Notes: generated by a model not told the origin, from the letters alone. A DNA stretch of 64,000 bases from Octopus vulgaris (GCA_951406725.2 OX597815.1:2852001-2916000), one strand, 5' to 3'. Positions 50,863 to 63,318 are shown, counted from the first letter of the stretch. Translations and numbers: made by a program.

Positions 50863-51115
50863 GTGATGATAAATACATTTTATTGAAAGGACTTCGGACA
50901 TCCTCATTGATGTGACTGTCCCAATCGACATAAATGTATCTGTCGAGACCTACCAAAAACTGAGCAAGTGTAAAGATCTTGAAATAGAAATCAGCAAAAT
51001 GTTGAACCTCAAAACTAAAACAAGACCTGTTGTCATAGGTGCCCTGGGAATGATAGCAAAAGGGGCTGATCGCTACCTAGCTCAGATACCAGATATATAA
51101 ATCCTTTATATATAT

Positions 51116-51514
51116 AGGCGTAGGAGTGGCTATGTGGTAAGTAGCTTGCTTACGAACCACATGGTTCCGGGTTCAGTCCCACTGTGTGGCACCCTGGGCA
51201 AGTGTCTTCTACTATAGCCTCGGGCCGACCAAAGCCTTGTGAGTGGATTTGGTAGACGGAAACTGAAAGAAGCCCGTCGTATATATGTATATATATATAT
51301 GTATGTGTGTGTATATGTTTGTCCCCCCAACATCGCTTGACAACCGATGCTGGTGTGTTTACGTCCCCGTAACTTAGCGGTTCGGCAAAAAGAGCCCGAT
51401 AGAATAAGTACTAGGCTTACAAAGAATAAGTCCTGGGGTCGATTTGCTCGACTAAAGGCGGTGCTCCAGCATGGCCACAGTCAAATGACTGAAACAAGTA
51501 AGAGAGTAAAAGAG
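51116..51514 (+). mobile_element. SINE family B, young full-length copy
   Basis: Head GGCGTAGGAGTGGCT..GGTTCAGTCCC, CORE-like box, internal microsatellite and tail. Confidence 0.92.
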
Positions 51515-51671
51515 TATATTATTATTGCCAGCATTTTTTAAATGTTCAGGTCACCTCTTTTGTGTATAAAAACGTACACTAATTCAAATTAAAAACATGT
51601 CTATTGACTTTATTACGCATGCTGGCCACCTGTAGAATAGTTCTCTAAATTTTCTACCCTTATTTTCATAG

Positions 51672-51727
<56 letters not shown>

Positions 51728-51884
51728 TCTCTTTTCACAACGACATCAAACCCACAAGAGTAAACAAGAGACACAGAGGCAGGCAGAAACAAGGAAAATG
51801 CCTCTTGTATTTGAATACTATGCAAATATTCTTTTAAAAACTTTTCATTCCGTTTTTCCAAAATTCAATTGTTTTCCATACTTA

Positions 51885-51920
51885 CAGTTGAAAAAGTGTC
51901 AATGTCCGAAACCGGTACTG
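51885..51920 (+). ncRNA. Minimal hammerhead-like motif with U3/A8 core
   Basis: CAG-TTGAAAA-A-GTGTCAATGTCC-GAAA-CCGG-TA^CTG; stem II is weak. Confidence 0.45.
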
Positions 51921-51993
51921 AAATGTTTTTTATAAAATTATTTTAGCATTTTCTACCTTGACTTATATACATATATATATATATATATAGATA

Positions 51994-52035
<42 letters not shown>

Positions 52036-52036
<1 letters not shown>

Positions 52037-52337
52037 GGACCAGTTACTGCAACAGCCTGGGTTTCAAGGGCCCACAGCTTTTTAATATTCTCCCAAAGAG
52101 TCTGAGGGACTTGCACAAAGTAGATGCAGGGGTTTTTAAATCAAAGCTGCACCTCTTCCTGTCGAGAGTCCCAGATGAACCTACCTCACGGCAAGAGGTG
52201 CAAATGAGGGTAGCTATATTAAACTCCATGCTTCAGCAAGTGCCACATATTAGAGGAGGCTCTTAGTAATAACAGTGTAGCACAAAACGGTGGTGCATCA
52301 GCATGGCCGCAGCTCTGAGCTGAAACTAGAGAGAATA
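52036..52337 (+). mobile_element. CR1/L2-group LINE 3' end
   Basis: NSLGFKGPQLFNILPKSLRDLH..FKSKLHLFLSRVPDEP; tail CAGCATGGCCGCAG..CTGAAAC. Confidence 0.85.
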
Positions 52338-52429
52338 TATATAAGAGACATTCATTATCGCTGTGGGCTCCGTGTGAGCAATCATCTAAAAGTTTTTTGT
52401 GCATCTTGATGTTGACATAAGTTCCTTGC

Positions 52430-52512
52430 TTTTCCTGATGAGAATGCGGCATAATATACTCCTTATTCCTTCGCAATTAGGAATATGCAGCCTTCGAAAC
52501 ATATGTCGAAAA
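52430..52512 (+). ncRNA. Type I hammerhead ribozyme, canonical core, in PLE-like 3' terminus
   Basis: TTTTC-CTGATGA(52435-52441)-GAA..long stem II..TTC-GAAA(52496-52499)-CATATG-TC^GAAAA, followed by AATAAA. Confidence 0.8.
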
Positions 52513-53808
52513 TAAAGGAATTTTGTTAATTCGTCGTTCAACTCCATTCTTTCATATATTTATATTTTTAAAAATAACATACAAATTTCCACACGAAAGC
52601 ACGTAACTTCAAACGTGTCTTCTCTGATGTGAATTTGCTACCCAGGTATCGGTTAACCGAATTATCCATAACAAGATAACTCATTCTACTACTCAAATAT
52701 ATATATATATATACATACAGTATAGCATAGAACATTCTATATAATGCGTCAACATTGTATCTGTAGTTCAGCTGGGGATGCTTCTGTTCTCTGTCGTTGC
52801 AAAACCGTTGACCGAACAACTGCAGCCGTTCTTCGTGGACCAGTATTGAAACAATGGCTGCAACAAAATATTCCTTCAGTTTTTCCTCTTCCTCTCTGTT
52901 TCCTTCTTTATGCCTTGTTTTAAATACCAACACTCACGTTCTCCCTCGTGGGACAGAAATTTCCCATGATAACCTGTTTCGCAGCAGTGATTTTGAAGGG
53001 AGATTAATCGATGTCATCGAACCGAATACGTGACAGCTATTTTATGTTATCAACCCTGAAAGGATGAAAGGTAATGTTGATCTCAGAGGGATTCGAACTC
53101 AGAACTTTAAAAGCCAAAACAGCTAGTGCGTTAACGATTCTGCCAATTGGCAGGAGATAAGGAGAGACTTCCGGTCGAACGTAGAGAAACTCATGAAATT
53201 TAATAGTTGGAGGAAAATTGACTGACATTAATAAAGAAACAAGTTAAAAGTCTTAAACAGCCAAGAGAAATGTCATGTGGCCAGAATTTAGACTACCCCG
53301 CCCTAAATCTGGCGTAGACAGGATGTAGTTAAGACGCACCCAGCTCGAGAAAAGCATTATACAAAGACATAATTCTTATAAATAGCTACGTAACTCTAAA
53401 GTGTTTAATAGACAATAAAGGCACATTTTACAAATTAAATTGGGAACATGAGAAAAGAAAAACGAAACAAACCGAGTTATTTTTCTACAGATTAGAAGGT
53501 AAGTAGGTTAAGAGGAGCGGTTGAAAATATAGAGGCCGTCTGAGGGTAAACAGGCGAATGAGCCAACAAGAAGAGGAAATGGAGAGAGAAATGAAGATTT
53601 GCAGATATGACAAAAGAAAGTGGCAACACAAAGCACCACACCGGTTCGTATTACTGCGAAAATAGCAGGCTATTTCTTTGTTCTGGTAGTGGTGTCAAAG
53701 ATGAGGCACAAGTATCCATTATTCTGGATAAGCTCTAAATTCTGCTCTTGTGAAAGAGACCAGAATTTAGCACTTCTTTTTCTTTTGAAGAAAACTGTAT
53801 AACGTTTA

Positions 53809-53978
53809 TATTTCGTTTTTGGATTTGGTTTGCAAGATTCTTTATATGAGTTCGTGTGTTGAAGCATATTCTGTTGTGCGTGGGGAGAGTCATTTTCTTT
53901 TTGTGCCTTATTATTTAACCGGTGGGTGTGTTAAATAATAAGGCACAAAAATAAAATGACTCTCTCCAGACACAACAG
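53809..53978. mobile_element. Short insertion with a 49-bp internal inverted repeat and 13-bp TSD
   Basis: Arms 53871-53919 / 53930-53978; TGTATAACGTTTA at 53796-53808 and 53979-53991. Confidence 0.75.
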
Positions 53979-54724
53979 TGTATAACGTTTAGTTCTGTGT
54001 TATCAAACACTTGTAGAGGCTGAAGGATGAGTTCATAAGTTTCGGGAAGACACCATTTTGGATTTTATCACAGAATGTGGATGTGCAAATGTTGCAAAAA
54101 ACCACGTGATCTGGTGGTTAGAGAATGTAGCTCATGTTCATAAGGTCGTGGGTTCAATTGCTGACTCGGCGACACATTGTGTCCTTGAAAAACACACCTT
54201 ATTTGGCATTTCTCAAGTTTAGTCAGCCGTAATGAGTACAAGCAGATTACTGGTATAGCCTCTTCTCTCACACTCCAGCTATCACGACCTTGGCAGAAAA
54301 TTTCAACAGTTAAAACTTCCTAACTTATATAATTAATTTCTATACCACCACCACCACCACCACCACCACAGAGGCTCTGTAGCTATGGTAGGTGATTGTG
54401 ATGTGAACGTGTAAAAGAACATTTAAGCGAAGCTTTAAAAAGTAAGTTTTAGTGAAAAAGGAAATTTTTAGCGAAAGGGGAAACTTGCTAAAAACGAACT
54501 TGTTACGTATGTTGGTGCGAAAGTGGACGAGCGACGAACGGACAAAATAAATACCTGACAGTCATTTTGCGTCCTGAGTTCAAGTGGCACAGAGGCCAAC
54601 TTTGCTTTTTGGTCTTCCAGGGGAACGAAATTTAGTGGCAAATGAGTACTACAGCTGATCTATATTTCTACAGGGTGTCCAAAAACTCTCTCCGCAGTAA
54701 GTATTTTATTACGAAATCAATATT

Positions 54725-56070
54725 TATTCAATTCAATTCAATTTTTATTGGCTCAAAAAGCAAAAGTAAGGCCATATAGGGGGACAGGGAGGGTGTCCTT
54801 ATGGATATTGACGTTTTCATTGACAGAGAACAATTCTCCGACTAAAACGGAAACAAAATTTATGTCATCTTTTAGGCGGTTTATGCCTGTATAACCGATG
54901 GATTCAGCTTTACCATAAATGATTGCTGATCTTGAGTGGGCAAAATGGTCGTTCTGTTCTCTACTGTGAACTACGGCATTCGATTCTTCATCGGATAATT
55001 TAGAAAGGGCGGTTTCGTAGCCATCAGACTTATGTGGGCCTTTGGGGTCGATCGGAATGGGTTTAGTGGTCATAACTTTCCCGCTTGGTTTGAAACTGCA
55101 CTTCCTCTTCTTCGGTTTGGATGAGCCCCCCCCCCCCAGATGAACTCACATCAAGATCATTCAGAATTGGTTGAGCAATGGCATTGATGGGGAGGACAAA
55201 TGAGGGAGAATCCAAACAGATTTGATCTTGAGCAGGTTTCGCAGCTAAATCTGCCCCACTGGAGTTTTGACTACGTTTCTTCTTTTGGGGAGAACAACGG
55301 TCTTCAGGTGGGTTTGAGTCTACGCTCCTCAATTCAGGTTTGGGAACCTCCGGACCGAAATGCCAGATGAGGAAGAAACCGCACAGATAGGATCATGAGT
55401 GGAAACGACCGCCGGTTCTTTCGCCTTCTTTGACCGCTTCGATTTTGATCCTTCAGTTTGGAAGTCTTTAGGGAAGAAATCAAGGGTGGCTCTGCGTCAA
55501 TAGGAGACTTTGAAGGGGATTCAGTTTGTTTATTCTGTAATTCAGCAACAACAGACTTAAGGTGCTCGACCTCTTGTTTAAGCAATGGCAACTGCTCGTT
55601 GAGATGTCTGTTAGTAAGACCATCTTCTTGATGAGAAATCTTGATTTCAGGGTCTTCATGTGAAAGCTTGATATCACTGATCGCCTTATTAACCGAATAT
55701 TCTAAAATAGAATCAGCAGAGCGAGCCCTTTTCGCAGATCTCAGTTTCGATTTGTAGGTAGCTGAGCCAGGCTTGGACGGTTGACAAAAACAATATAGAT
55801 AGATGATATATGGTTGACAAAAACAATCTTCTATAGCTGCCAGGGGTTGTAGGATAATTCTGATAGTTAAAAGCGGGAACAAAAACAGCTGCAATCTTTG
55901 TAGGTGTAGATAACAGCAGACAAAATCTGAGAAAGTGTGGGTTGAGCCGAATCACAATCAAAGATTGAAAGTAGACGGAGAAATGAGTCAGGAACTTTTC
56001 TTCGTTATCTGTAAGTAGCTTTAGGATAAGGGATAGTAGGTCCAACTTTAGAATATTGATATGCATGTAA
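54725..56070 (-). pseudogene. Decayed ~1.3-kb reading frame with coiled coil and AATAAA-(ATTGA)n end; probable retroelement ORF1-like derivative
   Basis: Four collinear frameshifted ORFs (55713-56066, 55334-55894, 55063-55332, 54753-55073), including LNEQLPLLKQEVEHLKSVVAELQNK. Confidence 0.5.
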
Positions 56071-56145
56071 AATGCTCCACATGGTTAAATATTATTTGTT
56101 GTGCCATTTAGTACTTCAATATTTGCGTCTGCGTATGTTTGTATA

Positions 56146-56430
56146 TCACGTGATCACGTGACCGATGTTATTACACATCGCTGGTCACAATGCGTTCGCA
56201 TTTTTTTAGCCTTCGAATGACGCTACCCCGCTGGCTAAGCGAGCAGGCCAACAGAAGAAAGAGTGGGAGAAAGAATGGTGAAAGAGTACAGCAGGGATCA
56301 CCCCCCCCCCCCCTGCCGGAGGCTCGTGGAGCTTTTAGGTGTTTTCGCTCAATACGCCCGGTCTGGTAATCGAAACCGCGATCCTGCGACCGCGAGTCCG
56401 CTGCCCTAACCACTGGGCCATTGGCGTCTC
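56146..56430 (-). mobile_element. SINE family A, tail beta
   Basis: TSD TATGTTTG at 56134-56141 / 56431-56438. Confidence 0.88.
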
Positions 56431-57335
56431 TATGTTTGAATGAATGTGTTTAGGTGCGAGAAGGCTCATGTTTTTGTCTTTCGTAAATTTTATTTAATTT
56501 TTTCTCACGTTTTTCCCTTCGTTGATTTATTTCCTTTCATAATTTCTTTTTTTTTTTACACTTCACCATTTTCCCATTTTCTTTCATTAAATTCGTTCAT
56601 CATTAAAGGTTTCGTAATGTTTTGTTTTCTTTCACTATTTTTTTTTTAAAGAAAATTATTCTGGAAAGTTTTAATATCTGTTCTGCTTTTAGGAATAATT
56701 TCTTTTTAAGTTTGGTTTTCGCTCTTTTAGTTTTTATAAATAACATATTTTTACAGGAAAAAGGAAAAACAAAACATTAAATATATGAAAAAAATTAAAA
56801 TACCAAGAAAAGGAAAATCCAGCAACAGAAAATGGCGGATGGTGGAGTGACGGGTGGCGTGACACCCCAGAGCAAATTACGTGTTTAGCCGCGCCTCGTG
56901 GACATGATTGTAAATACTTTTTGTTTATGAAAATAATCAGGGCAATTGCGATGACCAATTAGGTAAAATTGCCAAAAGTTTTCAACCTTTAAAGCTTCCT
57001 CACTCTTCCTCTATTATTAATTTTTATACCACCACCACCACCACCACCACCACCACCCACCACCAGCACCACCGCCGCCGCCACCACTACCAACCACCAC
57101 CACCACCACCACCACCACCACCAACCACCACCACCACCACCACCACCACCACCACCACCACCACCACCACCACCACCAACCACCACCACCGCCGCCGCCA
57201 CCACCCACCACCACCGCCGCCGCCGCCACCACCACCACCCGAATAAAATATTCGTAATTTTCGTAAATTAGCATTGTCGAAAATCTCCAAAGAGTTCAAT
57301 TCGGTCGTTCAAATGGAAAAAATGTCCAGAATACA

Positions 57336-57752
57336 AACGCAAGAGTGGCTGTGTGGTAAGTAGCTTGCTCCCCAACCGCATGTTTCCGGGTTCAGTCCCA
57401 CTGCAAGGCACCTTGGGCAAGTGTCTTCTTCTATAGCCTTGTAAGTGGATTTGGTAGACGGACACTGAAAGAAGCCTGTCGTGTATATATGTGTGTATGT
57501 GCGTGTGTGTGTTTGTGTGTGTTTGTGCTTGTGTGCATGTGTATGTGTGTGTGTGTGTTTGTCCCCCCACCAACGCTTGACAATCGGTGTTGGTGTGTTT
57601 ATGTCCCCGTAACTTAGCGGTTCGGTAAAATGGACCGTTAGAATAAGTCCTAGGCTTACGAAGAATAAGTCCTGGGGATCGATTCGTTCGACTAAAATGC
57701 GGTGCTCCAGCATGGCCGGCCACAGTGAAATGGCCGAAACAAGTAAAAGAAT
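57336..57752 (+). mobile_element. SINE family B (further copies at 16575-16770, 29990-30320, 44620-44790, 46005-46195, 58659-58990, 60991-61127)
   Basis: Homology to 51116-51514. Confidence 0.88.
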
Positions 57753-57911
57753 AAGCGTGCAGCAAAAACAAAAGAAAAAAACTAATTGTTGCGACAAATT
57801 TCGTAACATAGTTTTGTGGCGGCGGCGGCGGTGACGGCGGTGACGGCGGTTGTGGCGGCAAATATTCGTTGCCTCTGACACCGTCACGTCAAAGTGCAGC
57901 GACGTCAAATA

Positions 57912-58319
57912 TCTTTCTTCTTTATATATAAAAGTGAGGTTGTGTGCTGTCTGTCTCCTACGATTTAGATTCCTAACTACTCCCACATTTTGCAGTGCAG
58001 TGTAACCAAAACCGGGTATCTTATAGTCGTGATTCATATCGAGCCCTTCTGGGTATTAGCGCGCGTCTACGATGAGTCTACGATTTAAAAAAAAATTACC
58101 ATCATTTTTTTCCATTTTAATGCATTTTTTTCGCTATTATATAAGGGAAGTAACTCTCTAAAAATGTCTACGATGAGTCAACGATTAAAAAAAAATTTAG
58201 CATCATTTTTTTTTCCATTTTTAATGCTTTATTTTGCTATTTTTTGGCTATAACTCTCTAAAAATGCTTACATAGTTATTTCCCTCACAAACCCAAGCAA
58301 CGCCGGGCGATACTGCTAG
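57912..58319 (+). mobile_element. Non-autonomous Helitron
   Basis: A|TC start, subterminal hairpin CCCAAGCAACGCCGGG, CTAG|T end, and an internal ~100-bp tandem duplication. Confidence 0.85.
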
Positions 58320-58798
58320 TTTTTAATGTGTAGGTTGCGATATTAAAAAACGCCAGTGAAAATAAACCGTTTGTTTTAACAGAACTATTATTAAATCAAA
58401 AGTCGAGTGACGTCGAGTGCGAGTGTTTGTGATAGAGAAAGCAGACAATACTAAAACTGTTCACTCACAAACACATGCTGTGGTTGCTGGGCGGCCTATA
58501 TTTATATCTAATTAAAAAGCCATCTGGAAGACGAAGGAGACGTTAATGAGTGACGTATTTCATTACATTTGTTGTTGCTTTGTCCCGAGTCGGTCTTAAT
58601 TGCGTGGGACGATAATCAAAGACGTTCCTGCCATGATCGTCTAGTCTTTTTGCATGCAGGCGCAGGCGTATCTGTGTGGCTAAGAAGTGTTTTTTCCAAA
58701 CCATGTGCTCTTGGGTTCGGTTCCAATGCGCTGCACCTTCAGCTCAAGTCTCTTTCATTGTAGCTCCGGATCGAAAAAAAGGCTTTGTGGAAGCCCGT

Positions 58799-58836
<38 letters not shown>

Positions 58837-59439
58837 TGTGTTTGTGCTCCGCCGCCATTTGGCAACCGGTGTGGGTTTGTTTACTTACAAGTAACTAAGC
58901 GGTTCGACAAAAGAACCGATGGAATAAGTACTGGAGTCGATTTATTTCACTAAACTTTTCGATGGTGGTGCTCCAGCATGGCCACAGTTGATAACAGGTA
59001 GGTGTACGGCCTCCAGTGGGCCCATTCTTTTCTTTTTAAACAGAGAAGGGTGTGGTTTTAGGGTTAGTTTATTTGAAATTCATTTCGTATCATATATTTT
59101 GTGAACAATAGCGTCGTGGATCACTGAAATTTCCGATGGTGTGGGTGACAAGGGATTGTGCGCATAACTCAGACTGAACAAATATCACCAAGTGTTTTTG
59201 TTCGACGCCCTGGCAGTTTTCGCTCCGGTGTATCATACCTGTTGTCTATATGGAAACAGCAGAGTCACAGGGGTTATCATGAAACAAAGAAGGAAACCAT
59301 TTTAAGTCTTGGCTGGTCAAGACGATGAAGAAGAGGAAGTGTCTTTCCGTAGGAGATTCCAAACGACTGGAACCAGTTTTTAAGAGTTCTCTGGTCGAGA
59401 ACTGGGATTTCGAAGTCAATGTAGAAAGGTTTCTTCCTC

Positions 59440-60385
59440 CCCTCAACCACTTCCACTTCCTCTTCCTCTTCCAGCATTCTCCTCCACCCGTATTCTCTGC
59501 TCTTCTCCATCTTCCCTCAATTTCCATCCCTCCTTCTATCATTCTCCCTTTCTCCTACTTCCTACCTCCTATATCTTCCTCCTACCCCCTCTTCCTACCA
59601 CCTCCCCCTCCCTCATTCTCCTCCCCTCCTTAGTCTCCCCCCTTCATTCACCACCTCCTTTTTCCTCCTTCGCTCTTTTCCCCACTTTTCCCTTCTTTCT
59701 CCCTCCTCCCTACTTTCTCCTTCTACCTCCCAAATCCCCCTCCTACCTCCTACCTCATCTTCCTTCTTCGTTCTCCTCCTCTCCTTATTCTCCCCTCTTT
59801 CATTTTCCATCTCCTTCTTTCTCCCTCCTCCCTACTTTCTCCTTCTACCTCCCAAATCCCCCTCCTACCTCATCTTCCTTCTTCGTTCTCCTCCTCTCCT
59901 TATTCTCCCGTCTTTCATTTTCCATCTCCTTCTTTCTCCCTCCTCCCTACTTTCTCCTTCTATCTCCTATATCCTCCTCCTACCTCCTATCTCATCCTCA
60001 TCTTATCTTCTCCTACCTCATCTTCCTTCTTCGTTTTCCTCCCCTCCTTCTTTCTCCCTCCTCCCTCTTTCCCCTACCCCTTCTTCCTCCCTTCTCTCTA
60101 CTTCCTCTTTCCTTCTTCCTCCTCTTCTTTCTCTTCGTTTTCTTCCTATCCCTCTTTTATCCTTCTCCTTATCATCGTCATCACCACCATTACAACCACC
60201 ATAACCAGCACCACATCCACTACCACCATCGTCGTCATCATCATCATCTTCATCATCATCGTTGTCGTCATCGTCATCAGCATCATCATCACCATTACCA
60301 CCACCACCACCACCATCATCATCGTCATCATCATCATCATCATCATCACCATATCATCATCATCATCATCATCAACATCATCACT
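59440..60385. repeat. Polypyrimidine tract with ~120-bp internal duplications, followed by (CAT/CAC)n
   Basis: TCTCCCTCCTCCCTACTTTCTCCTTCTA at ~59698, 59820 and 59934. Confidence 0.9.
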
Positions 60386-60478
60386 AGCGTATGCTACATG
60401 AATACAAGCGTACACACTCGCACCCACACGCACACATCTATCTATCGATGTATTTCTCGATCTCCCCCTTTCTATATA

Positions 60479-60510
<32 letters not shown>

Positions 60511-60859
60511 CTCTCGCGCGTGTATAAGCCTATGGTAAGGGTTCGTAGCTTAGTGGTTAGGTGGTGGATTTTGGTACGTACGATCGCTAGGTCGTGGTTT
60601 CGATACTCAGACAGGCGGCGCGTTGTGTTCTTGCAGAACACCTCGTTTCACGTTACATCGTCCTCGTGACGGACTGACCTTTCCGTTCAGTGGGAATATT
60701 GGTCTGTCCACCAAGGCATCGGGCGGTGGGGAACAACCATTTGAAAGCCACAAAAAAGTGAGGAAATGCATTGTGACCAGCGGTGTTAGACCACATCTGA
60801 TAGTCTGAGCAATAATGATACACACACACACACACACACACATTCTTCATAATTTTTAA

Positions 60860-60910
60860 ACAGTGACTTCGAAGTTTCGGCTTAAGTGGCTGAAGTTTCG
60901 AAGTCACTGT
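60860..60910 (+). other. 22-bp hairpin with 7-nt loop (pre-miRNA-like or MITE relic)
   Basis: All 22 positions pair as plus-strand RNA, three of them by G-U wobble. Confidence 0.4.
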
Positions 60911-61187
60911 CATTAATATTCTTGTTTAACAACTCTACAAAAGTATGGATGAATGTAAAATGCTTTTCGGTATAACCGAACATGAAAACGAACTTAGCGG
61001 TTCGGCAAAAGAGACCGATAGAATAAGTACTGGGCTTACAAAGAATAAGACCCGGGGTCGATTTGCTCGACTAAAGGCGGTGCTCCAGCATGGCCGCAGT
61101 CAAATGACTGAAACAAGTAAAAGAGAGTAGATCGGTCTTACTATAATATTCATCTTCAAAATCGACAAATCGAAATCGACATATGTG

Positions 61188-61295
<108 letters not shown>

Positions 61296-61300
61296 GAGAC

Positions 61301-61333
<33 letters not shown>

Positions 61334-62134
61334 AACAGAGAGACGGACAGAAACAGAGACACAGAAATGATAGTCATATCATATGAATTGTTTCCCATGA
61401 ACAAATGAAGTTATTTGAGAGTGGTCTCCCTTGAAGGGAGGCAAACATTTTTTTTCATTTTGTTCCCATGGCTTTTCAGCTTTTTGGTTAAACCCTCTGA
61501 TTAATTAACGTCGCTTGTTGCTGACCTTATAACTGATTGACCTTTGGTCGAATCTTTCTATCGCTTATTTGTTTTTAACATTATACTGCAGCCGTGCAGG
61601 AGTACCACCTTGAAGGGTCTTAGGTGAACAAACACACCCGGTACTAATCACTGGATCATCGATTCCTAAATTCTCCAAAGAAGTCCTTTTATTTGAAAAT
61701 GTGATAAATATATTTGTAAGGGATTAGAGGACACCATTGACACGGGAACAGAGTGTGCAAGGGGTGCGCTGCATCCACTAAAATGTCTTGTGGAAGGGCA
61801 ATGAATACGCTTTGTCCATTCTCCTGAAAATCTTCGCAGCCAAAACTGAAAGATCGTAGAAATATTTTTGGACTAATTTCTGAAACATTGCTTTTTCATT
61901 ATTGGATTTATCAGTTTTAATTTGAGTACATATCTAATGGTTTCAAATTTTGGCTGAAGACCAGCAGTTTGGGGTGGGGGAGTAAGTCGATTGCATCGAC
62001 CCCAGTGCATAACTGGTACTCTGCTAAAGGGAAGAGACACCGCAAAGACAAGGCAGCTAAATTGCAACACAAAGTCAAACAGAGAAAGACTGGTGGAAAT
62101 AAGAAGGAAGCCGCAACAATATACTAAGAGACTA

Positions 62135-62538
62135 AGGCGGCGAGTAGCTGGCAGAAAGGTTAGCACGTCGGGCGAAATGCGGAGCCGTATTTCGTCTGCC
62201 GTTACGTTCTGAGTTCAAGTTCCGCCGAGGTCGACTTTGCCTTTCATCCTTTCGGGGTCGAATAAATAAGTACCAGTTACGCACTGGGGTCAGTATAATC
62301 GACTTAATCCCTTTCTCTGTCCTTGTTTGTCCTTTCTGTGTTTAGCCCCTTGTGGGTAGTAAAGAAATAGGTATTTCGTCTGTTTTTACATTCTGAGTTC
62401 AAATTCCGCCGAGGCCGACTTCGCCTTTCATTCTTTCGGGCTTGATAAATAAAGTACCAGTTGCGTACTAGGGTCGATCTCATTGATTGGCTACCCTCCC
62501 GACAAATTTCGAGCCTTGTGCCTAGAGTAGAAAAGAAT
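62135..62538 (+). mobile_element. SINE family C dimer, second monomer with alternative tail
   Basis: Junction AAAGAAATA|GGTATTTCG at ~62369. Confidence 0.88.
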
Positions 62539-62559
62539 AAACTAGGAAACTGATATCAG

Positions 62560-62725
62560 ATCGGTGTGGAGGAGGAGGGGGGGCAAAACTGAAGAGCTAC
62601 AATACTCTGCTTGAATAAACAACATGAAAGCGTTTTACCCAGGACTCGAGCTGAACATTCCAACGTATGCAGTGTTCATAGACTTCATAAAGGGTTTTTG
62701 ACACAGTAAGAAAGCTTATCAAGTC
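62560..62725 (+). mobile_element. Decayed RTE-like RT fragment
   Basis: ESVLP..., YAVFIDFIK, then frameshifted FDTV. Confidence 0.5.
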
Positions 62726-62801
62726 ATGTCAAAGCCGTGGGCAGTCATAGTCGCAACGACTGACTGCGGAGTAACAACAACAACAACAACAACAACAATA
62801 A

Positions 62802-63318
62802 ATGCCCTGATGTAACACCAGGCATTGGCTCTCGTGTCTTTTGATCTTAACTGATTGGAAGTGTTATCATGTACATTGTTTTGTCTTGGTATAAAAGATG
62901 GGCTACAGCAAATATTCTGCTCAATACCACAGATTTACTTGTCAGTTGTTTGACCTTAACCAGTTGAGCATGTCCTTTGGTGGCTGATGATATGTGCATC
63001 TCTGACCTCGGCCAGAAGTAGTGGGGGAGCATCATAGTGTTGAGAGGAATTCTTTGGGGTTTGGAAACATGGGTGGTTCGTCCAACATCCTTAAACAATC
63101 CGAGCGGGATGGGTCACTCGACCAGAAAAAAATTCTAACTGGGCTCCACCTGCAAGGTCATGTGTTGTTTATCTTGATAAGAGATCACCATGTTGCGCAC
63201 ATAGGGTTGTGATGCATGTACCTGGTGTACCCTTATCAGACGGGTAGTCATGATGGGTATACTGGGCTTCGTATATTTTACCCCAGTGTCACTTTGATGA
63301 CATGCACTACTCTCGTTC
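62802..63318 (+). mobile_element. Family M copy with small deletions
   Basis: Homology to 2376-2931, with (AAC/AAT)n flanks. Confidence 0.9.
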
